Assembly: GCA_965198175.1 (NCBI GenBank)
Contig: OZ240245.1
Location: 4,480,001-4,544,000, forward strand
DNA from: Candidatus Poribacteria bacterium
GTDB lineage: Bacteria; Poribacteria; WGA-4E; PCPOR2b
Length of the DNA: 64,000 nucleotides
Reading direction: 5' to 3'
Made by a program: the position numbers and the translations under genes. The notes below the pieces were generated by a model that saw only the letters and a list, made by a program, of their open reading frames with translations, did not search any database and was not told the origin of the DNA. The stretch's first letter is position 1, and every line of letters begins with the position of its first letter. Positions 28,225 to 38,485 of the stretch are shown piece by piece.

Positions 28225-30603
28225 ATGAAACGCTTAATTTTACTGTTTCCAATTTTTATCTCCCTGATTTTATGCATAGATGGTCATGCCGAATTGCGTC
28301 ACCAGTTTCTGTTTGGGCATACCCATCGCGTGCTTGCGATTGCATTCAGCGCTGATGGGCAGTGGCTTGCCTCCGGCGGCGATGGCGAATACGAAATTTA
28401 CATTTGGGATGCGGCGACGGGTGAGCGCATCCATACGTTGGCTGGGCACACCGACCAAATAATGGACCTGGCTTTCCGGATAAATGGAAATCTCGCATCC
28501 GTTTCTGAGGATAGGAGCTTGCGGTTGTGGGATGTTCCCGCCCAAGAAGAGATACGCCAGTATGATGGACACCAGGCCGGATTAACATCAGTGGCTTTTA
28601 GTCCGGACGGTGAACGGTTGGTTGCGGGTTCGATTGATCGGCTGCTCCGGCTATGGGAAGTTGACACCGGTAGGCTGATCTCGACCTTTGAAGGACACGA
28701 AGCCACCATCTGGTCCGTGGCATTCAGCCCCGATGGCGAAACCATTGTCTCTGCCTCAGAGGATCGGACTGTTCGTCTTTGGAATACCCCCGATAGTGAT
28801 GGGAACCTGATTGTTCAAACGCCTACCAAAACCTTCACCGGTCATACGAATCGAGTTTGGTCTGCAGCATTTCACCCCAACGAAAATCTGGTTGCTTCTG
28901 GGTCATGGGACGGCACCGTACGAGTTTGGAATGTTGATGCAAATAGCGATGAAGTTGTTTTCCAAGAACCTTTCGCAATGTATAATCGCGAAGTGCTTTC
29001 GCTTGGCTTCAGTCCTGATGGGAGATTGCTCGCGGTAGGGTTACGTCACGTAGAAAACGACAACCCCCTCAAACTATGGGACTTCGCAACAGGTCGTGAA
29101 CTCAGATCATTCGACACGAAATCACGTCACGATTTGGCTTTTAGTTTAGATCGGTCTCGATTAGCCACGGCGGGAGCAGCTGATGGCACAATTATTATAT
29201 GGAACTCGAGTCATTTGTCGCCCACCCTCCGCGAACCCGAAGAGGGTGAACTCATCGAAACGTCGCAAATTACCTTAAGTTGGGAGGCTGTTGAAGATTC
29301 GGTTTACTACGATGTTGAAATCTCCCACAATTCGGGTTTTAACGAGAACACTCAACTCACAACCGTTACGGAAAACCAGTTAGTCTTTGAAGTCAACGGT
29401 GAAACACCGACCTATTGGTGGCGCGTTCGCACAGGTAGTCTCGGACAGGTCGGCGAGTGGTCTGAACCGCGATCGTTTCGCATCCCGTTTGAACCGCCCC
29501 TGACCTGTGATGTTCGAATCCTACCGCCGCGCCGCCAAGTGAATTTGGGACAGGAGTTTAATGTAGAGGTTCTAATCGATTCGGCACCCGACCTCGCAGG
29601 ATTTCAGTTTGATCTTCAGTGGACGAACCCCGATGTCCTTAATCTAGTCACGGTTACCGAATTCAGAAACATCTTTGGAGAATTTGGGATCGGTCAAGTT
29701 GGGGAAATTGACCGGGAGTTGGGCGTATACAGAGATGTTGTTGCGACCAAACCAGGCTCGAGTGGTGTGAGTGGAAGTGGAACCCTGTTAAAGGTCCTGT
29801 TCAGTGGAAAAGGCATCGGTTTAAGTAACATTCAATTGAATAATCTCAAACTTGTCAATTCAGCGGGAGAACAAATCTATTGCAACATTTTCAACTCACA
29901 GATTGAGGTCGCAGATCCAGCACGGCCGTGGGATGTCAATGGTGATGGAATTGTGGACGTTTTTGATCTCAGCGCCGTGGCGAAGCACTTTGGCAAGGAA
30001 ATCACTATGGATGTGGGGCTGAATCCTGACGTCAACAGTGACGGGGTTGTCGATCTCCAAGACATTGTCCTTGTTGGCGCCCACTTTGGTGAATCCTATC
30101 CGATGGATGGACAAGAAACCGCAGCTGCCCCCTATTTTCACAATCAGAATAACTTATACTCAACAACCCACCATCGAACGAGATTACTACCAGAAACACG
30201 CAAAATGCTAGAACGCATCTACGCGGAATTGCTGACTAACCCCGATAATTCTCCTCCATATGTTCGCACAAGACAGGTTTTACGTCATGTGCTGTCATCG
30301 GTTCGCCCTAGCCAAGATGTGTTATTTCAAAACTATCCCAATCCGTTCAATCCGGAAACCTGGATTCCTTTCCAGCTTGCCTCAGCCGGGGATGTGACAA
30401 TCAACATTCACGATGTAAATGGAACGATTGTCCGTAAACTTGCGTTGGGACATCTCGAAGCTGGTTCCTATATGAGTCGTACCGATGCAGCTTACTGGGA
30501 TGGAAACAATCGATGGGGTGAACCTGTTGCCAGCGGTGTTTATTTCTATACCATTTCGATGAGGTCATTCAGAGCTACCCGGGCAATGACAATCGTGAAA
30601 TAA
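28225..30603 (+). CDS. Secreted WD40-repeat + FN3-like + cohesin + dockerin-like + FlgD-Ig/T9SS-like C-terminal domain protein
   Basis: Signal peptide; about 7 GH...WD repeats; LAGFQFDL...SGSGTLL cohesin; DVNGDGIVD..D and DVNSDGVVD..D; NYPNPFNPETWIP...WDG.N..GE.VASGVYFY. Confidence 0.85.
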   Translation: MKRLILLFPIFISLILCIDGHAELRHQFLFGHTHRVLAIAFSADGQWLASGGDGEYEIYIWDAATGERIHTLAGHTDQIMDLAFRINGNLASVSEDRSLRLWDVPAQEEIRQYDGHQAGLTSVAFSPDGERLVAGSIDRLLRLWEVDTGRLISTFEGHEATIWSVAFSPDGETIVSASEDRTVRLWNTPDSDGNLIVQTPTKTFTGHTNRVWSAAFHPNENLVASGSWDGTVRVWNVDANSDEVVFQEPFAMYNREVLSLGFSPDGRLLAVGLRHVENDNPLKLWDFATGRELRSFDTKSRHDLAFSLDRSRLATAGAADGTIIIWNSSHLSPTLREPEEGELIETSQITLSWEAVEDSVYYDVEISHNSGFNENTQLTTVTENQLVFEVNGETPTYWWRVRTGSLGQVGEWSEPRSFRIPFEPPLTCDVRILPPRRQVNLGQEFNVEVLIDSAPDLAGFQFDLQWTNPDVLNLVTVTEFRNIFGEFGIGQVGEIDRELGVYRDVVATKPGSSGVSGSGTLLKVLFSGKGIGLSNIQLNNLKLVNSAGEQIYCNIFNSQIEVADPARPWDVNGDGIVDVFDLSAVAKHFGKEITMDVGLNPDVNSDGVVDLQDIVLVGAHFGESYPMDGQETAAAPYFHNQNNLYSTTHHRTRLLPETRKMLERIYAELLTNPDNSPPYVRTRQVLRHVLSSVRPSQDVLFQNYPNPFNPETWIPFQLASAGDVTINIHDVNGTIVRKLALGHLEAGSYMSRTDAAYWDGNNRWGEPVASGVYFYTISMRSFRATRAMTIVK

Positions 30604-30708
30604 CCTTTCTCCCAATCTCCTGATTCGAGGATTGCTAGCGGAGAATCCATTACTCTCCCTCCCTTTGTAGTAAGGTTCAGGCGGGTTAGCTCAGAAACGC
30701 AAAATAGG

Positions 30709-33700
30709 GTGACAGGACGATGCGCCATGAACAATAGGATACGGAGACAATCTCTTAAAAAAACCTTACTCGTTCTTTGGCTTTCCAGCTTTTTGGTGTT
30801 TTGGCTTTGCCCTGCGCCTGCCCAACAGACCTTCCAATGGCGCAGCTTCACACGAATCCGCGATGGACTCAGCAGTAATAATGTTCGGTCCATCACTGAA
30901 GATCGCTTCGGACAAATCTGGCTTGCGACAAGCAGAGGCTTAAGTCGCTTTGATGGCTTCTGGCATGTAATTGATGTTTCAATCGGCGATTCAAACGGCA
31001 ATGATGTCTTCCAAATCTTTGACGATTCCGAAGGGTTCATCTGGGCGATGACAAGCGCGGGTGTCTATCAGGGGATGCCGCACAATGGCGGGATGGATTG
31101 GGTCCATCATTACACGATGGAAGACGAGTTAATTGATAATCGGATTTCGGCTGCCGTCCGAACGCAAAATGGCGAGATTTGGATTGGAACGCCTTCCGGC
31201 GTCAACTGGTTCGATGGAAACACGTGGCGCGCTGTGCCGAATGCGGAAGAGGGCAGTGTCAATAAAGGCGTGCGGGTCGTTTATGAAGATAGAATCGGTA
31301 ATCTGTGGTTTGGCTTGTCACCACAGAGCCGTCCGAACCTGCTTAGCCGTTTTGACGGCGTCCAGTGGGAAGTTTTCCGCGTTCAGGACGGTTTACCGAA
31401 CGGTGATGTACAGGCGATTACAGCGGATGGTATGAACAATATTTGGGTTGGCACGACTGAAGGTGTAGCGATTTTCGACGGTTCAACTTGGCAGGTTAGA
31501 ACGGCGCCTGATTTTTTGATTGGTAACAATGTCCAGTCCATAAAAATTGATATTGAGGAAACAGTTGAGGAAACAGTGTGGATTGGCACAACAACAGGAA
31601 TCAGTCTGTTCAGTCGCGGCAGTTGGAGGCATTTGACGAAAGCAAACGGGTTGGCTAGCAACAATATCCAGACGCTGTTTGAATCGCAGGACGGTGGATT
31701 TTGGGTGGGCACACGAGATAACGGTGTCAGTTTCTCCGATAGGTCCTGGCGAACTATCACGACAAATGACGGTTTGAGCGATAACCAAGTGACAGCAATG
31801 CTAACGGATCGTAGCGGGGCGACTTGGGTAGGTACACGTAATGGATTGGTTCGGTATACCGAGAGGAAAATCGAATCGGTAGAAGGGCTGCTGGGGCGCG
31901 AAATTCGCGTGCTAGCCGAAGATTCCCAGCGACGCCTTTGGGTTGGAACGGACTCAGGTATTGCAGTATTCAATCCATCCGCGGGTGATCCTTCAATATG
32001 GCGGAGCTTTCGCAGAGAGGATGGGCTTAATGACGACAGCATTCAATCAATTGTCATCGACTCAGCCGGCGATGTTTGGGTGGGCACAGGGATTTTGCTC
32101 GCTAATGAACCGGGCTTCCTCCCCGGTTTGGATCGATACGATGGTGTCCAGTGGCATCCTGAAGAAGATATTTTTCAGGAAATCAGCGAAATAATCGTTG
32201 TGATGTTTTCAGATTCACGAGAGCGTCTATATTTTGGCACCGTTGGCAACCTATGGGTTTACGATGGCGCAACATTGAATCGGATCAACGCGAATCTGAA
32301 TGGTAACATCAATACTATCATGGAATCTACTGATGGTAACATCTGGATTGGAACGAGTGATGGCATCCTGATTTTAGATGGAGAAACATTACAACAAACG
32401 TCTCGACTGACGACCGATGATGGGTTGGTGGATAATCGTGTACAGGCGTTTTACCGGGATGAGCCCGATCGAATCTGGATCGGCACAGTTGACGGCGTCA
32501 GTCTATTTCAGAACAATCGATTTGCACGCTCACTCACAGCAAGCGACGGTCTAAACAGCAATAACATCTCCGTAATCACCAAATCGGTTGATGGTGCACT
32601 CTGGTTTGGGAGTAAGGACAACGGCGGCATCAGCCGCTTTAATCAGGAGATGGCACCGCCAACTACTCGCATCGTCAGTGGCCCCACGAACGGCGAAATT
32701 GTCGGGGAGACGAGCGTTATCTTTAAGTTTGAAGGGGGCGATCTTAGCACTCCAACTCAAGAACTTCGTTATCAATTTCAACTTGACGACAGCCTCCCAA
32801 TGTTCACCGAAGAGGAAGGTGTTGAGAATCGTGTTTTTTTGTCGAGCGTGCCGGAAGGGAGACATCGATTTATCGTTCAAGCGATTGACCGCGAGGACAA
32901 CATAGATCCCCTCGGTGCGCGTGCTGAATTCGTAATCGATTCGCACACTCCAACCGTTCGCATTGCAAATCCGAAGCGCGACGCAGTCATCGCTGGAGTT
33001 TATACAATTGAAGGCACTGCGACCGATGAGGATTTCTTAGATTATCAGATTCAGATTTCGGGACAATCTGTGTTCACCTCAAACCAGCCGGTGGATGGCA
33101 GTACGCTCTATAGGTGGGATACGCAAACCGTACCCGATGGCACCTACAAAATTCAACTAATCGCACGAGATACACCAAACGGCGTTTTTGACCGGCAACA
33201 TCGTGCCGAAGAGATTGTAACCATTGAGGTAGACAACACCTTGCCCCGGGCAAAAATTACGCAACCGTTACCCAACACTACAGTTCTGGGAGAAACAGGG
33301 GTTGAAATTGAGCTGACCGACGCGCACCTGATGAGGTATTGGTTAGAATACACACGTGTAGAATCGACAACTGACAACTGGAAAGAAATCACATCTGATT
33401 CAATTGTCGATAGTCAATTATCTGTTGTGAAACAGATACGATGGAATACTTCAACCGTATATGGTCATGTAATGCTTCGCGCAAGAGTTGAAGATGCAGC
33501 GGGCAACGAAGGTGTATCGAAAACTGTTCCGATCTATCTCAACAATGAGGGCGCTAAGCCAGTTGCTGAGATTCAGCAACCGGATGGAACTAATCCAATC
33601 TCAGAGGAAGTAGCCATTACGGGAACGGTCGACGTTGGCACAGCGTTAAACACACTCATTGAAAATTTCAATCTGGAATATCGTCACGCCGATGACCCTC

Positions 33701-36165
33701 ACGGTTGGATGCCTCTGCGTAGTGGTCGTTTTACTTTGAATAGCGAAGAGATTACACGCTGGGATACAACAGCACTTCCTGATGGCAAATATCTGTTACG
33801 TTTAACAGCAACGGATAGCAATCCTTACTCGTCTGAAATTGAGCGGAGCGTGATTTTAGATAACACGCCACCGACGGGCATCATCAGATCTCCGCAAGAT
33901 GGAGGTGTTCGAAAAGCAGAGAGTATCAACGTGATTGGCACGGCGAAGGATGAACATTTCAAAAACTTCAAGCTAGAATATTACCGAAATGATGAAACAT
34001 GGATAACCATTTTAGAATCTATTTCTCCTGTTGAATCGCTAGGACAATTGGGAACATGGCACGCTACAGGCCTAGCAGGCGATACCTATCAACTACGTCT
34101 CACTGTCGTCGATCAAGCGGGACTAGAAACGACGGCAGAAGTCAGCGTGGTGCTTGATGACTCGGATGTGATTGCGCGAATCACCTCACCCGAACAAGAT
34201 GAATTCGTCAGTGATACAGTACGAATTAAGGGTACAGCCAGCGATAAAAACTTCCATCGATATCAACTTGAATTCCGGCGTGCAAGCCAGAACGGTGCAT
34301 GGCAACAAATTCCTGGCTTGTTCAGTCCCGATCAACCCAAAGATAACGAACCACTCGGAGATTGGAATACACCCCAGCACGATGGGAGCTACGAAGTCCG
34401 TTTGACGGCTTTCGACCACTCGCGCAAAACAGGTGAGGACATCGTTGAGGACATCGTTGAGGTACATGTTGATAACCTTAAGCCAAGCGCACGAATTTCC
34501 AAAGTTCAATCGCGACGTGCGGAATCTCCAGATTCAGAGATACTATCGGGCGAGGTTGAAATCTTCGGTGTAGCATACGACGTCCATTTCAAAGATTTTC
34601 GCCTGGATTTTCGCCCTACAGATAACAGCGATGATTGGCAACTGATTCCAGTTCAGAATCCCACAACACCTCGGCAGAACACGATGCTCGCTATTTGGAG
34701 AAATACGCCCCAAATTGATGGAGATTACGAAATTCGCCTGAGCGTTCAGGATGAATCGGGTAAGTCAAATCCGGGTATTAAACGCGTCAAGATTGACAAC
34801 CAATCTCCGGACGTTGAAATCTCTCAGCCTACCAATCGGCAGTTGGTGTCGGATGCAATCGAGATTATCGGCACAGCAAGGGATAGATATTTCAAAGCGT
34901 ATCAACTAGATTTCAGAATTGTGGGTGCTGCGGGGTGGCAGCAGATTATTCATGCCACCCAGCCAAAGCAAGCAGCGGTTTTGGGAGAATGGGTACCCCC
35001 GACGGTGGATGGCGAGTATGAAATCCGCTTGAGCGCCTTTGATTGGTTAGGGAAATCAAGTGAGGCAATTATACAGATCATAGTTGACAGGCTCCCACCA
35101 CAAGCCGAAATCCTTTCTCCCACGGCGAATCAACAGTTGCCGAGGAAGATTGATATCCGGGGAACAGCGGTCGATCGAAATTTCAAGGGATACATTATTG
35201 AATACGGTGTCGGAACATCTCCCGATATCTGGCAACCGATTTCCAAAACAGGGTTTTTGGAGCCTGTCAACCGGGGTCTCCTAGCAGAATGGAATGTCCC
35301 CGACCTATCATCTGGTGAATATACTTTGCGGTTGCGTGTAGAAGATGACGCCGGTCATCAAACTGTCGATTATGTCAAAGTATTTTTCAGGGAGCGTGTC
35401 GAGCGTCAAAACAGCAGCATGGTGGAAAGCGAAGATAGGATTGCCAAAATTGTGTTTCCGCCCAACAGCTTGCCAGAATCGACTTACGTGACCGTTAACC
35501 CAGTTCCACTGGCGAAGGGGTCGCTCTCATCCGCCAAAGTTGAGATGCTGAGGGGTGCGGGAGTTAGAGGGGGATTAACTGAGCGAATAGCGAAGGCGAT
35601 AGTCTTCCCACGCTTCAATATCATCTACGATTTTGAACCGGAAGATTTGCAACTTCACCACCTCAAACCTGCAACAATTGAGTTCTCCATCCAAGGATAC
35701 ACACCTATCACCCGAAATGAAGCATTGACAATCTCTCGCTGGGATGGCAACAAGTGGAAGCCCATCGGTGGAACAATCAATACTCGGCAAGAGACGATTT
35801 CGACAGTTGTGTCAGCGCTTGGAAGGGTTGCCGTAACGACAGCACCTGCCGTGGAAGTGGAGGGAGACACAATCATCTCCGATTTAACCTGTCAACCACG
35901 CCTCTTTTCGCCAAACTATGACGAATCAACAGCAATCTCGTTTCGATTGAATCAGCCAAGTAATGTAACGGTTAGAATCTACAATGAGGCAGGACGGCTG
36001 CGGCGGGTACTAAGAGAATCAGAACCACTTTCAACGGGACGGCATGTTTTTTGGTGGGATGGGCGTGATGATGATAAACGGCGGGTTGTCAGCAATTTTT
36101 ACATTGTCACGGTTGAAGCTGAAGGAGCGCTAGAACGAAAAATCGTTATCGTACAGAATAATTAG
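30709..36165 (+). CDS. Large exported protein: two-component-regulator beta-propellers, Y_Y_Y-like domain, tandem Ig-like repeats, FlgD-Ig C-terminus (start may be ATG 30727)
   Basis: Many DGL..N.V..I..D..G.IWIGT repeats; LRYQFQLD...VPEGRHRFIVQAID; W.T...DG.Y.IRL.A.D repeats; FSPN...WDGRDD; no kinase motifs. Confidence 0.8.
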   Translation: MTGRCAMNNRIRRQSLKKTLLVLWLSSFLVFWLCPAPAQQTFQWRSFTRIRDGLSSNNVRSITEDRFGQIWLATSRGLSRFDGFWHVIDVSIGDSNGNDVFQIFDDSEGFIWAMTSAGVYQGMPHNGGMDWVHHYTMEDELIDNRISAAVRTQNGEIWIGTPSGVNWFDGNTWRAVPNAEEGSVNKGVRVVYEDRIGNLWFGLSPQSRPNLLSRFDGVQWEVFRVQDGLPNGDVQAITADGMNNIWVGTTEGVAIFDGSTWQVRTAPDFLIGNNVQSIKIDIEETVEETVWIGTTTGISLFSRGSWRHLTKANGLASNNIQTLFESQDGGFWVGTRDNGVSFSDRSWRTITTNDGLSDNQVTAMLTDRSGATWVGTRNGLVRYTERKIESVEGLLGREIRVLAEDSQRRLWVGTDSGIAVFNPSAGDPSIWRSFRREDGLNDDSIQSIVIDSAGDVWVGTGILLANEPGFLPGLDRYDGVQWHPEEDIFQEISEIIVVMFSDSRERLYFGTVGNLWVYDGATLNRINANLNGNINTIMESTDGNIWIGTSDGILILDGETLQQTSRLTTDDGLVDNRVQAFYRDEPDRIWIGTVDGVSLFQNNRFARSLTASDGLNSNNISVITKSVDGALWFGSKDNGGISRFNQEMAPPTTRIVSGPTNGEIVGETSVIFKFEGGDLSTPTQELRYQFQLDDSLPMFTEEEGVENRVFLSSVPEGRHRFIVQAIDREDNIDPLGARAEFVIDSHTPTVRIANPKRDAVIAGVYTIEGTATDEDFLDYQIQISGQSVFTSNQPVDGSTLYRWDTQTVPDGTYKIQLIARDTPNGVFDRQHRAEEIVTIEVDNTLPRAKITQPLPNTTVLGETGVEIELTDAHLMRYWLEYTRVESTTDNWKEITSDSIVDSQLSVVKQIRWNTSTVYGHVMLRARVEDAAGNEGVSKTVPIYLNNEGAKPVAEIQQPDGTNPISEEVAITGTVDVGTALNTLIENFNLEYRHADDPHGWMPLRSGRFTLNSEEITRWDTTALPDGKYLLRLTATDSNPYSSEIERSVILDNTPPTGIIRSPQDGGVRKAESINVIGTAKDEHFKNFKLEYYRNDETWITILESISPVESLGQLGTWHATGLAGDTYQLRLTVVDQAGLETTAEVSVVLDDSDVIARITSPEQDEFVSDTVRIKGTASDKNFHRYQLEFRRASQNGAWQQIPGLFSPDQPKDNEPLGDWNTPQHDGSYEVRLTAFDHSRKTGEDIVEDIVEVHVDNLKPSARISKVQSRRAESPDSEILSGEVEIFGVAYDVHFKDFRLDFRPTDNSDDWQLIPVQNPTTPRQNTMLAIWRNTPQIDGDYEIRLSVQDESGKSNPGIKRVKIDNQSPDVEISQPTNRQLVSDAIEIIGTARDRYFKAYQLDFRIVGAAGWQQIIHATQPKQAAVLGEWVPPTVDGEYEIRLSAFDWLGKSSEAIIQIIVDRLPPQAEILSPTANQQLPRKIDIRGTAVDRNFKGYIIEYGVGTSPDIWQPISKTGFLEPVNRGLLAEWNVPDLSSGEYTLRLRVEDDAGHQTVDYVKVFFRERVERQNSSMVESEDRIAKIVFPPNSLPESTYVTVNPVPLAKGSLSSAKVEMLRGAGVRGGLTERIAKAIVFPRFNIIYDFEPEDLQLHHLKPATIEFSIQGYTPITRNEALTISRWDGNKWKPIGGTINTRQETISTVVSALGRVAVTTAPAVEVEGDTIISDLTCQPRLFSPNYDESTAISFRLNQPSNVTVRIYNEAGRLRRVLRESEPLSTGRHVFWWDGRDDDKRRVVSNFYIVTVEAEGALERKIVIVQNN

Positions 36166-36168
36166 TGA

Positions 36169-38325
36169 GTGATATTCCCCTCAATGATATGGACTATCAA
36201 AACAGTCTTGACAAAACCGAGTACACTTCGCATAATATTCACAATGCGATGCTGTCTTTTTATATTTTTCATGTTCTCGGCGGCGACTGCAATTTACGCC
36301 CTCGAAGAAAGAGCGTCGACCGGCGCTCGTGCTATTGGCATAGGAGAAGCGTTTATCGGCGTCGCAGACGATGAAAACAGCATACGCAGAAACCCTGCCG
36401 GACTTGTCCGTTTGCACAGATACGCCGTTGGATTTGAACAGACGCCATCGAAGTTGTTCGGTGTGTTAGAAACCAACTGTCTCAGCGCGGTTTTGCCGGC
36501 GTCAGAAAAAATTGCGTTGGGTATTGATTGGACCCAAGTCGGGCTTGTAGATGAAGAACTCGACGCGAGGCGCAACAGTTTCAACTTCTCTTATAGCTAC
36601 TCTCCTTTGTCCCTTCTGTCGCTTGGCGTAAACCTGAAATACCTGACATGGGGCATTACGCTAGATGAGAAATCTGAGGGCAACGCCACCGGTTGGGGAA
36701 CGGATGTTGGCGTGCTTCTCCAACCAAACCGCCGTTGGACCCTTGGATTCTTGGTGCAGGATTTTGTCGGTTTCGGATCCGGACAAGGCTTGAGTCATGA
36801 CACATGGATTCGTCACGACACTGGCGTGAGCGAAAAGGTCTTTCCGACAACGTATAAACTGGGAGTCGCTTATCGTCCTATTTCCAATTTGCTCATCGCC
36901 GCGGATATGACGGATCGGTTCCATTTAGGTGCAGAGTTTCTGCCAAATCCCAATTTCGCTATCCGCGCCGGAATCCAAAAAGATTTGGCAACGTCTGAAT
37001 CACGGAGTTATTCGTTGGGTGGACGCGTAACATATCGATGGCTGGATTTCAACGTTGCTTATCTCATCCCCCCAACGTTGCCACCAACAGCTTATGTTGG
37101 CCTTTCGCTCAACTTTGATTTTCGACGGTTGCCGGTGCTTATTGAGCAAGTTCGTATAAGAGATCTCTATCCGGTCCATTATAACTACTACGCTTCGCCA
37201 AATCGAGGGGTTGAAGCGATTGTCTTAGATGAGCTTGCCACACCGCCTGTGTTTACTGATGCTGATCGAGATCGCCACTATCCACTGATGCCGCTAGATT
37301 CGATCGGCAGGATTTGGCTAAAAAATGAGAGCAACAAACCGGTGACTGTCAGGATCGAATTGTTCATTGAACAGTTTGTCGGAGAAGACGGCACGGTAGT
37401 TGCAACTGATATCGAATTGCAACCGTTGAAGCGGGTTTCAGTGCCGTTGCGTCAGCTAGTTTTATCGCGGGAAGCGCTCGCATTATCTCAGGCACGACCT
37501 GTCGAAGCACGGATTAAAGTCATCGAGAGCGGTGGAAGAGCCTACCGGACTGGCACTGTCACTTTAAAGTTACACGGCAACCATACAACTCGGCTGGATG
37601 ACGTCGCAAAACTCGGATCCTTTATCTCCTCCGAGGATGCGGCTATTCACGATTTTAAAAACCATATTCTTACTGAATTTAAGGACAAGGTTGAATCAAA
37701 GCGGCTACCGCCCAACTTGTATACTGCTATGCTACTGTTTAATGCATTGCATGGCATCTCTTATGCAACCGATCCAAATATACCGGGAGATAGCGGGACC
37801 ATAGACGAGATCAAATATCCCTACGAGATGCTTGAACGTCTCATGGGGCAAATCGGTGGGGATGACGACGTACACACTTTCGGAGATTGCGACGATAGCA
37901 CGGCGCTGTATTGCTCTTTACTCGAATCGGCTGGGATTCGGACAGCACTCATCCAGCTTCCGAACCATGTGATGATGGCGTTCGATCTGGGGCAAGTTTC
38001 CCTCGATCAGGCGGAAGCGATGAACTTGCCTGATACCTACTACCAATCCATCAACGGGCAGGTTTGGATTCCCATTGAGACAACACTCATCAAAGACGGA
38101 TTTGTTGCAGCATGGCAAACGGCAATTGAAGAAATTCGTGCGACGCGGGTTATAGATTCGACCACCGTTGAAGACGCATGGGAGAAATATGGAGCGAGTT
38201 CTCTGCGAGGAACGGAAAGACGATTTTCTGTCCCGGAAAATCGGATTAGAAAGCGAATTGACGCGGATTTAACCCATCCGTGGTTACAGGATTTTTTGGA
38301 ATACTTCTCTAACGTGTTACCATAG
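36169..38325 (+). CDS. PorV/PorQ-like beta-barrel N-terminus fused to a transglutaminase-like domain
   Basis: GARAIGIGEAF.GVADD.NS..NPAGL, LSLGVNLKY, G.DVG.L; C-terminal GDCDD...LYCSLLESAGI...HV...WIPIETT. Confidence 0.7.
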   Translation: MIFPSMIWTIKTVLTKPSTLRIIFTMRCCLFIFFMFSAATAIYALEERASTGARAIGIGEAFIGVADDENSIRRNPAGLVRLHRYAVGFEQTPSKLFGVLETNCLSAVLPASEKIALGIDWTQVGLVDEELDARRNSFNFSYSYSPLSLLSLGVNLKYLTWGITLDEKSEGNATGWGTDVGVLLQPNRRWTLGFLVQDFVGFGSGQGLSHDTWIRHDTGVSEKVFPTTYKLGVAYRPISNLLIAADMTDRFHLGAEFLPNPNFAIRAGIQKDLATSESRSYSLGGRVTYRWLDFNVAYLIPPTLPPTAYVGLSLNFDFRRLPVLIEQVRIRDLYPVHYNYYASPNRGVEAIVLDELATPPVFTDADRDRHYPLMPLDSIGRIWLKNESNKPVTVRIELFIEQFVGEDGTVVATDIELQPLKRVSVPLRQLVLSREALALSQARPVEARIKVIESGGRAYRTGTVTLKLHGNHTTRLDDVAKLGSFISSEDAAIHDFKNHILTEFKDKVESKRLPPNLYTAMLLFNALHGISYATDPNIPGDSGTIDEIKYPYEMLERLMGQIGGDDDVHTFGDCDDSTALYCSLLESAGIRTALIQLPNHVMMAFDLGQVSLDQAEAMNLPDTYYQSINGQVWIPIETTLIKDGFVAAWQTAIEEIRATRVIDSTTVEDAWEKYGASSLRGTERRFSVPENRIRKRIDADLTHPWLQDFLEYFSNVLP

Positions 38326-38485
38326 AATACTATCGGTTGTTATTAGCCACAGAGCGGCGCAATAACGCAATGTGCGGCACTTTACTTCTATAAAACTGTC
38401 AATTCCCCAGCCAAGTTGAGGGCAAACGCTGATTCCAATATGGCGTTACGTTAACTACGCACTTTATTTCCAAAGGAGGACAACT

